NCBI GenBank assembly: GCA_018815925.1
Contig: JAHIWS010000017.1
Span: 15,285-79,284, forward strand
DNA from: Nanobdellota archaeon
Lineage (GTDB): Archaea; Nanobdellota; Nanobdellia; Pacearchaeales; GW2011-AR1
Length of the DNA: 64,000 nt
Reading direction: 5' to 3'
The translations under genes were made by a program, and so were the position numbers. Below are positions 19,226 to 28,151 of the stretch, piece by piece. How positions within the stretch are numbered: the first letter of the stretch is position 1; every line of letters begins with the position of its first letter. A model generated the notes under the pieces. The model worked only from the letters and a program-made list of their open reading frames with translations, made no database searches and was not told the origin of the DNA.

Positions 19226-19897
19226 TTATTCTAAAACCATTAATTGTTTAATTAAAACATTAATTTTTTTATTCTTTAATTCCAGCTCTGCTATTTTTGT
19301 CTCTTTGTTTATTTTTTTTATAACTCCATATTCTCCAGCGTGTTTCCCAGCAAAAATAATAGCCTTTGATTTTTCTTTTAAGGGTAAACATTTTTCTATT
19401 TTTGATTTTTCTTTAAAATTAATTAAAACAGAATCATTAACGTCGCATTTATTTGGGTAGATAAAATTTTTTCCATCGCTTAAATTCAATTGAATCTTTT
19501 TTCCTTTTAATATTTTTTTATTGATAATTTTTGATGTTTTTGAGTTGGCCTCGGATTCTTTTATTTCTAGGAGATTAAATTTTCCTTTTTCAGATAATCC
19601 AAGACGGTAATATTTTTTTAAAATATTTTTTTCATCTTTTGGAGGAAGAATTGTTATAGTATCAAATAATAGTGCAGAATTTTTTTCATCTCTAATTTTT
19701 TTATTATTCAATAAAACCTGTTTTAAATGTATTGCTTTTTTTACTTCTTTTCTATTTTGAGCTAGTTTTAAAATATCTCTTAAAATAACAAGGATAGGCA
19801 TTCCTCCTTGAATATTAAAATTTGGTCTAACTATATACCTATTTTCTTTTCTTTTTATTGGCCAACTCTTTGGAATTATTTGTCTTTTTAAATGCAT
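19226..19897 (-). CDS. rps4e: 30S ribosomal protein eS4
   Basis: HLKR..P.SWPI.RK, LRDILKLA, QLNLSDGKN, GKHAG. Confidence 0.94.
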   Translation of the reverse strand: MHLKRQIIPKSWPIKRKENRYIVRPNFNIQGGMPILVILRDILKLAQNRKEVKKAIHLKQVLLNNKKIRDEKNSALLFDTITILPPKDEKNILKKYYRLGLSEKGKFNLLEIKESEANSKTSKIINKKILKGKKIQLNLSDGKNFIYPNKCDVNDSVLINFKEKSKIEKCLPLKEKSKAIIFAGKHAGEYGVIKKINKETKIAELELKNKKINVLIKQLMVLE

Positions 19898-19898
19898 T

Positions 19899-20360
19899 TT
19901 ATTTTTTCTCCTCTGCTACTTCTTTAGATTTTTCTGGTTTTTGTTTAGTTTCTTTGGCTTTTTCTTTTTTCTTATCTTCTTTTTTAATTCCTATTTTTTT
20001 TGCTCTTTTTTTATCTTCTAGGTTTAATTCAAAAATTTGTAAATTTGAAGGACGAAGTTTAACATTTACTTTTGAACCATCTTGTTTTTTTATTTGAATA
20101 CCTTCTACAACCACACTTATTTTTTTTAGTTTAACTTCACTAACTTTTCCTCTTTTTGTTTTAAATTTACCTCTCATTACTTTTACACTATCTCCTTTTA
20201 TCACAGGGATGTTTCTTTTACCTGTCTTTTTTCTTAATTCTCTTGAAAGATTAACACTCAAAAATTTCTTTCTAAGATGTAGGGGGGCATTTGCTAAATA
20301 TTTTCTTTGCTTCCTTGGTTGTTTACTTGCCTTCCACTTTGTTGAAAATTCTTTTTTCAT
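19899..20360 (-). CDS. rpl24: 50S ribosomal protein uL24
   Basis: [28 protein letters not shown]. Confidence 0.95.
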   Translation of the reverse strand: MKKEFSTKWKASKQPRKQRKYLANAPLHLRKKFLSVNLSRELRKKTGKRNIPVIKGDSVKVMRGKFKTKRGKVSEVKLKKISVVVEGIQIKKQDGSKVNVKLRPSNLQIFELNLEDKKRAKKIGIKKEDKKKEKAKETKQKPEKSKEVAEEKK

Positions 20361-20404
20361 TTTATTTTTTATTCTGGTTTGGGAACTTTTTTAAAAGGTT
20401 CATT

Positions 20405-20806
20405 TTAATATACCATAGAAGCGATTTTAGCAACTTGTGGCCATCGCTCTAAAACCTCCCTTGCAATTGGTCCTTTAATTTGGGTTCCTTTTGGGTTTCC
20501 TTTATCATCTTTTAATATTGCCACAGCATTGTCTTCAAAAGCTATTCTTTCTCCATTTAATCTTCTGTAAGGTTTTTTTTGTCTTATCACAACAGCATCA
20601 AAAACCTTACCTTTCATATCCGGAATTCCTTTTTTAACACTGATTTTTACCCAATCTGCCATTTTTGCTGCGACTTGTTTTCCTTTTTTAGCTTTGCTTT
20701 TTTTCACGGAGACTATTTTTACCATTTTTGCCCCACTATTATCTGCTGAAATCATCCATGATCCTATATTCAATCCTTCTGTTGCTCTAGCTGATATTGC
20801 TTTCAT
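20405..20806 (-). CDS. rpl14: 50S ribosomal protein uL14
   Basis: ADNSGAK, AVVIRQKK, FEDNA, KGTQIKGPIARE. Confidence 0.96.
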   Translation of the reverse strand: MKAISARATEGLNIGSWMISADNSGAKMVKIVSVKKSKAKKGKQVAAKMADWVKISVKKGIPDMKGKVFDAVVIRQKKPYRRLNGERIAFEDNAVAILKDDKGNPKGTQIKGPIAREVLERWPQVAKIASMVY

Positions 20807-21153
20807 TATAAATTTACCCCTATTTTATTTAGGATGAATTGAATTATTCCGTTTTTTCGTTCTCTTGATGAATAATTCATGTTTATTCCACTGTGTTCTG
20901 CAGGTAACATAGAAGGGCTGGGAGATCCTATTTTTTTATCCAATTCATTAAGTTTAGTTTCTAATAATTTAATTTCATATTTTTTATTTTTATTTTCAAT
21001 AATTTTTCTTTCTCCTTTTAGTTCTAATAATAAATTGTGTGCATTATCACTAGCTTGTTTAGCAACCATGTAATTTTCCCTAGATAAACATCTTTTAAAT
21101 AAACGTAAACTAGAATTTATTCTATTAACATATTCCATATAATTTTCACTCAT
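20806..21153 (-). CDS. Hypothetical protein inserted between uS17 and uL14
   Basis: 115-aa ORF, 1 nt after the uS17 stop; its stop overlaps the uL14 ATG. Confidence 0.6.
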   Translation of the reverse strand: MSENYMEYVNRINSSLRLFKRCLSRENYMVAKQASDNAHNLLLELKGERKIIENKNKKYEIKLLETKLNELDKKIGSPSPSMLPAEHSGINMNYSSRERKNGIIQFILNKIGVNL

Positions 21154-21154
21154 T

Positions 21155-21517
21155 TTATTTTCCCTTTTCCTCCTTATTTTTTATTTTTTCAACAACTACA
21201 AAATGAGTTATTTTACTTAAGGGTCTGCACTCTTGAATTCTAACATAGTCTCCAACATTAATTTTATCTTTCATACAATCTGGAAGTCTGGCATGCATTT
21301 TTGTTTTTGATTTAGAATATCTTTCATATTTTTTTACATAAACCATCCTTTCAAATTCAATAACAATTCTTTTTGGAAATTTTTTAATTATCTTCCCTTT
21401 GAAAAATTTCCCCCTTGTTTTTAAATTTCCATGAATATGACAATCTTTGTTTTTGCATTCAGCCTTAGCTAGTTCTAGCTTTTCTACTCTTCCTTCTGTT
21501 TTTTTTACTATTTTCAT
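21155..21517 (-). CDS. rps17: 30S ribosomal protein uS17
   Basis: C..KDC.IHG.L.TRG, KYERY, ECRPLSK. Confidence 0.95.
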   Translation of the reverse strand: MKIVKKTEGRVEKLELAKAECKNKDCHIHGNLKTRGKFFKGKIIKKFPKRIVIEFERMVYVKKYERYSKSKTKMHARLPDCMKDKINVGDYVRIQECRPLSKITHFVVVEKIKNKEEKGK

Positions 21518-21535
21518 TTTATTTTTTGTGTATGC

Positions 21536-21835
21536 TTACTCTGAGATGGATTCTTCACTAAATCCGAGTTTGACCATGATTTCTTTTATTTTGTTTCTAT
21601 GGTCTCCTTGAAGTTCTATTATGTTATCTTTGTAAGTCCCACCACAAGCTAGCTCATTTTTCAGAGCTTTTGTGATTTTTTTCACATCGACTTCACTCTC
21701 AAATCCTGTAACAACAGTCACTATTTTCCCGTATCTTTTTTTGTCTGTTGTTATCTTTATCTTTTGTGAACTTTTTACAATCTGTTCACATACACAAGCT
21801 TGCTTAGGCAAGCCACATTTTGGGCATATTTCCAT
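21536..21835 (-). CDS. Translation initiation factor 1 (SUI1/YciH)
   Basis: CPKCGLP...CVC, RYGK.VT, LACGGT, IELQGDH. Confidence 0.94.
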   Translation of the reverse strand: MEICPKCGLPKQACVCEQIVKSSQKIKITTDKKRYGKIVTVVTGFESEVDVKKITKALKNELACGGTYKDNIIELQGDHRNKIKEIMVKLGFSEESISE

Positions 21836-22029
21836 CAGATTCTTTTCAATACCTTTTTTTGAGGGGCATTGAGTGTGAGTATTCGTGCTATTATCTTTTT
21901 AATTTCTTTGGTTTTTGAGTTTCCACTTTTAGATGCATTTGCCTTTGATTTTAATAATTCTAATTTTAATTCTTTTAGTTTCTGCTTTCTGTTTTCCATA
22001 GTCATTTCTTTTAATTCCTTTGTTTTCAT
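21835..22029 (-). CDS. rpl29: 50S ribosomal protein uL29
   Basis: ELKEM, LKELKLEL, IKKIIARILT. Confidence 0.9.
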   Translation of the reverse strand: MKTKELKEMTMENRKQKLKELKLELLKSKANASKSGNSKTKEIKKIIARILTLNAPQKKVLKRI

Positions 22030-22709
22030 TTTTTATTTGCTGTTTTTTTTATTTTTTTTAAAAGGAGTTTTTCAGAATTTTCTTTAATTTTTTCAACCAT
22101 ATTTTCATCAATTTTTATTTTATCTTTTAATATGATGTAAGGTGATAATATGCTTACTTTTATTCCAACAGTCCCTGGTTTTGTTTCTGCTCTTGCTTGG
22201 GCTCTATCAACAACTTTTGCACTATCCCCTGTTTTCTTTAAATATCCTTGAGCAAATCTCCAAGATTTAGCTCTTGCTCCAGGAAGTTTTCCATTTAGTC
22301 TTATTTCAACACCCAAAGCTCCAGCACCCATTATTCTTTGTAGAGATCTATATGCAATGACTTTGAATCTCATAGGACCAAATCTCTCAAGTGATAATGC
22401 AATTTCATCAGCTACTGTTTGTGCATCAAATTGAGGTTCTTTAATTTCATCTATTTCAATATGGGGGTTTTCTAGTTTGAATCCTTTTTTTAACACCCTT
22501 GTTAATTCTGCTATTTTTTCTCCTCCTCTACCAATAATTAAGCCAGGTTTGCTTGTTGATATTATAATTTTTTCACCTACAGGAGTATATTCTATTTTTA
22601 CCCTGCTTGCTTTTCCTTTTCCAAGTGTTTTTTTTATGTACTCTTTAACTGAAAATTCTTCTTTCTTGAATTTAACTGTGTTTTTTTCTTCGATTTTGTT
22701 TTCCTCCAC
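22026..22709 (-). CDS. rps3: 30S ribosomal protein uS3
   Basis: KPGLIIGRGG, GALGVEI.L.GKLPG.RA, GYLKK.G, GIKV. Confidence 0.95.
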   Translation of the reverse strand: MEENKIEEKNTVKFKKEEFSVKEYIKKTLGKGKASRVKIEYTPVGEKIIISTSKPGLIIGRGGEKIAELTRVLKKGFKLENPHIEIDEIKEPQFDAQTVADEIALSLERFGPMRFKVIAYRSLQRIMGAGALGVEIRLNGKLPGARAKSWRFAQGYLKKTGDSAKVVDRAQARAETKPGTVGIKVSILSPYIILKDKIKIDENMVEKIKENSEKLLLKKIKKTANKK

Positions 22710-23355
22710 TTTTTTTTAATTCTTTTTTGCTTTTTGCAATTATTTTTATATGTGTTCTTTTTCTTTTTACTCTACCAAATCTTCCAAAAGGCCTTACAGC
22801 AATATTAGAGATAGCTTCTGCAATTATAGGGTCTTCTAATCCATTAGCATGGGAATTTGATAATAAACTTTTTAGTAATTTTATAAAATTTTTTACAGCT
22901 TTTTGAGGATATCGTCCAGATCCAATTCTTCCTTTTCTATGAGGGATTTCTCCTTTCATAGGTATAGCTTTTTTAAATATTAAAACCTGCTCTAGATCTG
23001 AGATAGCTTTTTCTATTTTTTTTCTTTTAATAAATTTGCTTATTGCTACAGATTCTTTTGTAGAGATAGGAACTCCAACTCCCCTTACAATTGCTTGATT
23101 TTTTTTGATAATTGGTTTTTTTTCAGCTACTTGTTTTTTAGTTTCTTTTTTGTCAAGTGCTTCTTCTGCCTTTGTAATTTTTTCAGGAACTCCACTTTTT
23201 TCTATATCTTTTATTATTTCTTTTTTAGTTTGAACTTGAGATGATTTTGGTATATTAATTATTTTTGCAGTTTCCGTTTTATTTGCTTTAGGAGTTTGAA
23301 ACACTCCTTGTTTTTTTTGCTCAGCTTTTGTTGCGGGTTTCTCTGTTTGTGTCAT
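22672..23355 (-). CDS. rpl22: 50S ribosomal protein uL22 with long N-terminal extension
   Basis: ISTKES, GEIPHRKG, GRYPQKA, RTHI. Confidence 0.93.
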   Translation of the reverse strand: MTQTEKPATKAEQKKQGVFQTPKANKTETAKIINIPKSSQVQTKKEIIKDIEKSGVPEKITKAEEALDKKETKKQVAEKKPIIKKNQAIVRGVGVPISTKESVAISKFIKRKKIEKAISDLEQVLIFKKAIPMKGEIPHRKGRIGSGRYPQKAVKNFIKLLKSLLSNSHANGLEDPIIAEAISNIAVRPFGRFGRVKRKRTHIKIIAKSKKELKKSGGKQNRRKKHS

Positions 23356-23356
23356 T

Positions 23357-23752
23357 TTATTTTTTTGATTTATGTTTAGTTCCTTTTGTTGCTCCTACTC
23401 CAGCTTTACTATGTTTTACTTTTGGTCTTGTTGGTGCAAATTCACCAAATTTATGACCTAACATTTCTCCTATTACCTCAACAGAAACAAAAGTATTTCC
23501 GTTGTAAATTTGTATATTCATACCAACCATTTCTGGAACAACAATTAAATCTCTTTGATGGGTTTTTATTTTCTTATTTCTTTTTTGTTTTTCTTTAGAT
23601 TTTTTAATAAATTTTTCAATCTCTTGGAAATTTCTAAGAACATTTCTTCTTTCTCTTGACCTTAAATATTTTGCAAATTCTCTTACATCTAGGGTTTTAA
23701 GTTCTTCTAATGTTTTTCCTCGGTATGTGAATGTTTTCTTTTTTAGTATCAT
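23357..23752 (-). CDS. rps19: 30S ribosomal protein uS19
   Basis: FTYRGKTLEEL, KTH.RD, MLGHKFGEFAPTR, GVGAT. Confidence 0.96.
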   Translation of the reverse strand: MILKKKTFTYRGKTLEELKTLDVREFAKYLRSRERRNVLRNFQEIEKFIKKSKEKQKRNKKIKTHQRDLIVVPEMVGMNIQIYNGNTFVSVEVIGEMLGHKFGEFAPTRPKVKHSKAGVGATKGTKHKSKK

Positions 23753-24447
23753 TTTCTTTTTCCTGTCCTTCTTGGTCTTAATAGTCCTACTTTTGCTCCA
23801 GGAGGGGCATTTCTTTTAGCTATTTTGGATTTTGGATTTTTTCCCCTTCCAGAACCAAAAGGGTGGTCTATTGCATTCATTTTTATAGCAGATGTTCTAG
23901 GCCAAAGTTTTCCTTTTGATTTTTTAATATAATAGTTTTTCCCAGCTTTAACAAGAGGTTTATCAACTCTCCCTGTTCCTGCGATAATACCTATGATTGC
24001 TCTACAATTTTGATTAAGTTTTTTTTCTTTTTTTGATGGCATTAAAACAAAAACATTTTTTCCTATAATTTTACTTACTATTGCAGAATTTCCAGCAGTT
24101 TTAATAAATATTCCCCCATCTCCTGGTTTTCCTTCAACATCATAAATGGGTGTTTTTAAAGGAATATCTTTTATGCTTAAAATATTTCCCGACTGAACTT
24201 CTTTTCCATTAAATTTTATTTTTTGACCCTCTACCATTTTTTTAAATGCAGGAATGTAAAAAAATCCATTTTTCCAAGAAATTTTTGCTAAGGGGGCACT
24301 ATGTGCTGTTGAATTAAAAAGTTTAATTACAGTTCCCTCTCCATCAAGAATTTTTGGATATTTTAATTTATATCTAAATGCTTTTTTATTCACTTTGTAA
24401 GTATTACTTCCTCTTCCACGCCTTTGTTGAATTATTCTTTTAGCCAT
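23749..24447 (-). CDS. rpl2: 50S ribosomal protein uL2
   Basis: QRRGRGS, PGDGG, KPLVKAG, MNAIDHPFGSG, APPGAKVG. Confidence 0.96.
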   Translation of the reverse strand: MAKRIIQQRRGRGSNTYKVNKKAFRYKLKYPKILDGEGTVIKLFNSTAHSAPLAKISWKNGFFYIPAFKKMVEGQKIKFNGKEVQSGNILSIKDIPLKTPIYDVEGKPGDGGIFIKTAGNSAIVSKIIGKNVFVLMPSKKEKKLNQNCRAIIGIIAGTGRVDKPLVKAGKNYYIKKSKGKLWPRTSAIKMNAIDHPFGSGRGKNPKSKIAKRNAPPGAKVGLLRPRRTGKRK

Positions 24448-24449
24448 TT

Positions 24450-24692
24450 TTACATCAATCCCATCTTAGTAGCTATATCAATAGCAGGAAATTTCTTATT
24501 TAATTTAATATAAACATTTTTTTTATTATCTTGTATTAAAGTTCTAATTTTATTGATTTTTATATCAAACATCTCTTCAATTTCTTTTTTTATCTGTTCT
24601 TTTGTTTTCCTTTTATCTGTTTGAAATGTTAAAATATTCTGCGATTCAATCATCATTATTGCTTTTTCAGTTGTTATTGGTTTAAGATTCAT
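24450..24692 (-). CDS. rpl23: 50S ribosomal protein uL23
   Basis: PITTEKA, N.LTF, AIDIATKMG. Confidence 0.94.
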   Translation of the reverse strand: MNLKPITTEKAIMMIESQNILTFQTDKRKTKEQIKKEIEEMFDIKINKIRTLIQDNKKNVYIKLNKKFPAIDIATKMGLM

Positions 24693-25318
24693 TTTTTAAG
24701 ATTCTCCGGAATTTTAAATTCATCATATTCTGGAAAAAGATTTTTTCCATAAATTAATCTTGAGAAACACTCAGCTGTTAATTTAGCATCTTCTAGAGCA
24801 TTGTGAGGTTTACCTTCTTTAGTTAATTTTCCTTCTGTAAACTCAACTCTTTCTGGATTTAACCCACAAAAACCTATCACTTCATTTAAATTGAAATTAC
24901 TTTTATTATCTTTAATTGATAAACTATTATTTATTTCAGAAAATTTTGTTTGAACTATAGAATGTGTATCAAAAGCTCTATGGTGGAAAGTTTCTTTTAT
25001 TCCATATTTACTACACTTTACTCTAATAAAGGATACATCAAATTGAGGACATTGACAGATAAAATTTTTTATTTTTCTTTTTTCAACCCATTCCATAAAT
25101 TTTTCTAACATTTCTTTTTGTGTTTTTTTATTTGAATCTCTTAGTTCTTCTTCTGTTTTTCCAGTTACTTTTAATGATTCTTCTGAAACAATTTCTTCAT
25201 CATCTATTTTGCATTCATCAAGATATTCTTCTAAAGTGTCTAGATCTATTGTTCCTATTTGCCAAATTCCATTCTTAATAAAATCTACTCCACTTGTTTC
25301 TATATCTACTACTATCAT
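24689..25318 (-). CDS. DEDDh 3'-5' exonuclease (DnaQ/RNase T-like) inside the S10 operon
   Basis: ExoI VDIETSG, ExoII PQFD, ExoIII HNALEDA; ATGA overlaps on both sides. Confidence 0.87.
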   Translation of the reverse strand: MIVVDIETSGVDFIKNGIWQIGTIDLDTLEEYLDECKIDDEEIVSEESLKVTGKTEEELRDSNKKTQKEMLEKFMEWVEKRKIKNFICQCPQFDVSFIRVKCSKYGIKETFHHRAFDTHSIVQTKFSEINNSLSIKDNKSNFNLNEVIGFCGLNPERVEFTEGKLTKEGKPHNALEDAKLTAECFSRLIYGKNLFPEYDEFKIPENLKK

Positions 25319-26106
25319 TTGAATTCCTCCAGATCGTTAATTGCTTCTTCAGTATAAATAACAATTCTTCCAAGCCCACCTTTAGCAAGATCATTTATAC
25401 CCATTTTTTTAGCATAAACAATATCAAAAATTTTTGTTTTTAATTTTTCTTTTTTTCCAACCACAATTAGTAAACCCAAATTTTTTTTATATTTTCTTCC
25501 TCTTAATTTTCCTTTTCCTGCCCTAATCTTTTTTTTCTGCAATATAACCTTAAACATTTTTTCTCCTAAAATTTCTTTTAAGGATTTAACTAATTCTTTT
25601 GTTTTTAATGAAATTATTTTAGAATCAACTACAAATGGAACTTCCTTAATATCCTTTTGATCTAGAGTTTTATATTTCTCAACAATAAATTTTTTAGAAG
25701 CTGTTGCACTTAAGGCAGATGCAAAAGCTATTTTTAATTCTTTTTTATTTATTTTTTTTATATAAAAGGAAATTATTTTTGGGGGATGGGTTCTCATACC
25801 TCCTCTTGCCTGTGGAACTTCTGCAGCTTCCCAATTAAATTGAGATCCTTTTCGAGAAAATATTTTTCTTGGGACTCTGGATGCACCTCTTCCATAACCA
25901 CTTCTCCAAACATGCCTCCTATGTACTACTTTTCCTTTTGCAGCATGTTGTTTTCCAGCTACAGGTGAAGGAGAATATGGTTGTTTGTTTTTCTTTATTT
26001 CTAAAATTTTTTGAACAACATCTTTTCTTATTTTAGAAGAAAATATTTTAGGTAAATTTATTTCTTTTATTTTTTTTCCGTTTATGTTTAAAATATTTGA
26101 TTTCAT
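25315..26106 (-). CDS. rpl4: 50S ribosomal protein uL4
   Basis: GRGASRVPR, PQARGG..HPP, RAGKGK.RGR.Y, LAKGG.GR. Confidence 0.95.
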   Translation of the reverse strand: MKSNILNINGKKIKEINLPKIFSSKIRKDVVQKILEIKKNKQPYSPSPVAGKQHAAKGKVVHRRHVWRSGYGRGASRVPRKIFSRKGSQFNWEAAEVPQARGGMRTHPPKIISFYIKKINKKELKIAFASALSATASKKFIVEKYKTLDQKDIKEVPFVVDSKIISLKTKELVKSLKEILGEKMFKVILQKKKIRAGKGKLRGRKYKKNLGLLIVVGKKEKLKTKIFDIVYAKKMGINDLAKGGLGRIVIYTEEAINDLEEFK

Positions 26107-26366
26107 AATCTTACCTCTTCTAGTAATTTATTTCTTTTATTATACTCTTCTCCATCTATAGGGTAAAAATCATATCCTATAAGTGGTTTTAATATAATTC
26201 CTTTTTGTAACCAACCTGTTTTTTCTTTCATATAAGACCATTCTGTTATTTTTCTTGAATCTGTTCTTTTTAAACTTACTAAGGAATTATTATCTTCATA
26301 GATAATTCTTTCCCCTTCCACTACTCTTTTATGTTCAAGTGAATTTGGTATAGTTATATTTATCAT
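26103..26366 (-). CDS. Hypothetical protein inserted between uL3 and uL4
   Basis: 87-aa ORF with ATGA overlaps at both ends. Confidence 0.65.
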   Translation of the reverse strand: MINITIPNSLEHKRVVEGERIIYEDNNSLVSLKRTDSRKITEWSYMKEKTGWLQKGIILKPLIGYDFYPIDGEEYNKRNKLLEEVRL

Positions 26367-27301
26367 CTTAATTCCACCAACTCGTAGTTCTTTTTTGATT
26401 GTTTTTTTGATTCTCTTAAGGGTGAAGTTGCAATCAGGGCTCTTTTTGCTGGGCCTTGAATTGAACCATTAACAATAAGATAATCTGTTTTTAAATCTCC
26501 AAAGTTTTTTAGATTTTTAATAGGTTTATTACTAGATTCTCCAATATCAATTATCTTATTATTATAAATAATTCTGGTGAACATTCCTAATTGACCAGCC
26601 ATTGGAACTCTAAATGTAACTCTTGCTGGATGCCAAGGACCAATACTTCCTGGGCCTCGCCTCCCTTTTTCTGATTTATGGTTTCTCAGTGTAACTCCAA
26701 ATCTTTTTACAGGGCCTTGAAAACCTTTTCCTTTTGTTAAACCTCTAAAATCAACTAATTGCCCCTTTTCAAAAACTTGGTTAATAGAAATTTCCTTATT
26801 AAAATTTTCCTTAATAAAATTTAATTTTTCATCTAAATTTCCAACCAAACCAATTTCCAATAAATTTGGTTTCTTTTTTAAACCAGTTTTTTTAATAACA
26901 GAATAAAAAATAAGATGGATATCATCATAATCTTTTATATCCTCAATTTTTTTCCTACTCTTTTTGGGCAATTTAACCTTCTTTTTTAATTCTTTATCAA
27001 GATTTTCAGCTAAAATATCTTGAGTCACCTTTCCATTTTTATAAAATCTAACAGAGAAGATCTTCATAGGAGGACATTCAAAAATAGTACAGGGGATAGC
27101 AATTTTTTTATCTTTTGTCATAGAATTAGGTGTATTGTTTTTTACAATAGCAGACCTCATTCCTGCTTTATAACAAATAAATCCTTTAAGTGATTTTTTC
27201 CCAGGAATAGAATTCCAGTTTACTCTAGGTAAAACTCTTGATGCCCTTTTTCTGGGCCAAAATTGCAAACTTCCTTTTCTTGGTGATTTTCTTGTAGGCA
27301 T
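26363..27301 (-). CDS. rpl3: 50S ribosomal protein uL3
   Basis: PRKGSLQFWPRKRA, YKAGM, TKGKGFQGPVKRFG, GSIGPWHP, MAGQLG. Confidence 0.97.
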   Translation of the reverse strand: MPTRKSPRKGSLQFWPRKRASRVLPRVNWNSIPGKKSLKGFICYKAGMRSAIVKNNTPNSMTKDKKIAIPCTIFECPPMKIFSVRFYKNGKVTQDILAENLDKELKKKVKLPKKSRKKIEDIKDYDDIHLIFYSVIKKTGLKKKPNLLEIGLVGNLDEKLNFIKENFNKEISINQVFEKGQLVDFRGLTKGKGFQGPVKRFGVTLRNHKSEKGRRGPGSIGPWHPARVTFRVPMAGQLGMFTRIIYNNKIIDIGESSNKPIKNLKNFGDLKTDYLIVNGSIQGPAKRALIATSPLRESKKQSKKNYELVELR

Positions 27302-27476
27302 TTCTTATAGCGGAGATTACCATTTTATTTATTACCCTGGATAAATTAGAGAGAAAAAATGCCTATTTAAACCTTATGGAGAAGGTTTTACCTGTGCAAT
27401 CCATAGACATATGTCACCTAGGAGCACAAGAAAGTTTTACCACAATATTTATAAACTAATTTTTCTTTGATTTGTT

Positions 27477-27653
27477 ATGCAAACAATAACAAAAGGTGAT
27501 ACAGATGGAGGAAATTATCTAGGTGGCGGATCTGATGGATTACACTTAGGTGGCGGAGATGAAGGTTTACATCTAGGTGGAGGATCTGGCGGACATCACT
27601 TATATGGTGGCGGAGATTCAAATTTCAATGCTGGTAGTGGTGATGGTCCTTAA
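27477..27653 (+). CDS. 58-aa Gly-rich microprotein with four nonapeptide repeats (not in the ORF track)
   Basis: Hand translation MQTITKGDTDGGNYLGGGSDGLHLGGGDEGLHLGGGSGGHHLYGGGDSNFNAGSGDGP; TTTATAAA box at 27448-27455 and a T-tract after the stop. Confidence 0.7.
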   Translation: MQTITKGDTDGGNYLGGGSDGLHLGGGDEGLHLGGGSGGHHLYGGGDSNFNAGSGDGP

Positions 27654-27676
27654 TTTTACTTCTTTTTAATTTTTTT
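27654..27676 (+). terminator. Oligo-T archaeal terminator candidate
   Basis: TTTTACTTCTTTTTAATTTTTTT directly after the microprotein stop. Confidence 0.4.
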
Positions 27677-27717
27677 CACAACAAAGTTTTTAAACCCTGA
27701 TAGATGAAAATCTATTT

Positions 27718-28149
27718 ATGGGAAATAAATCTTTAGATAAAAATTATATTTTAAAGTTAAAGGATCTTTCTGGAGAAAGTGCTAAAATAGCTAGTAATAT
27801 GTATTGCTATGGAAAAAAAGAATATATCACCTCTCAATATATTTCAAAAATATGGAGAGAAGAACTAAAATTAGAAAAACTTCAAGGAGGAAATAGGTCT
27901 TTAACAACTAAACAAGTTTCTGGATTATATAATTTTTGTAAAGGGGACTTTAAATTAATGTTAAAAATTTCAGGAACAGAAAAATCAAGGTTAATTAAAG
28001 CATGCTTAAATAATAATTTAAAACCAAATAATATGCCCATACTTAAATCTAGAAAAAAGAATAACAATAGCAAAGTTGGAAAAATTTATAAAACTAATCC
28101 TTATGGGAGAAAAATTACAGGAAGAAAAGTTTTTGGAGATGACTATTAA
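27718..28149 (+). CDS. Hypothetical basic protein, possibly nucleic-acid binding
   Basis: 143-aa ORF with a TTTAAA box about 29 nt upstream; no family recognised. Confidence 0.6.
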   Translation: MGNKSLDKNYILKLKDLSGESAKIASNMYCYGKKEYITSQYISKIWREELKLEKLQGGNRSLTTKQVSGLYNFCKGDFKLMLKISGTEKSRLIKACLNNNLKPNNMPILKSRKKNNNSKVGKIYKTNPYGRKITGRKVFGDDY

Positions 28150-28151
28150 AC

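Noticed and set aside
27505-27620. 27-nt periodic repeats considered as a CRISPR or other guide array
   Set aside because: Units are contiguous with no unique spacers, vary partly at synonymous positions and keep one open frame; no cas genes are present. Better explained as a coding repeat.
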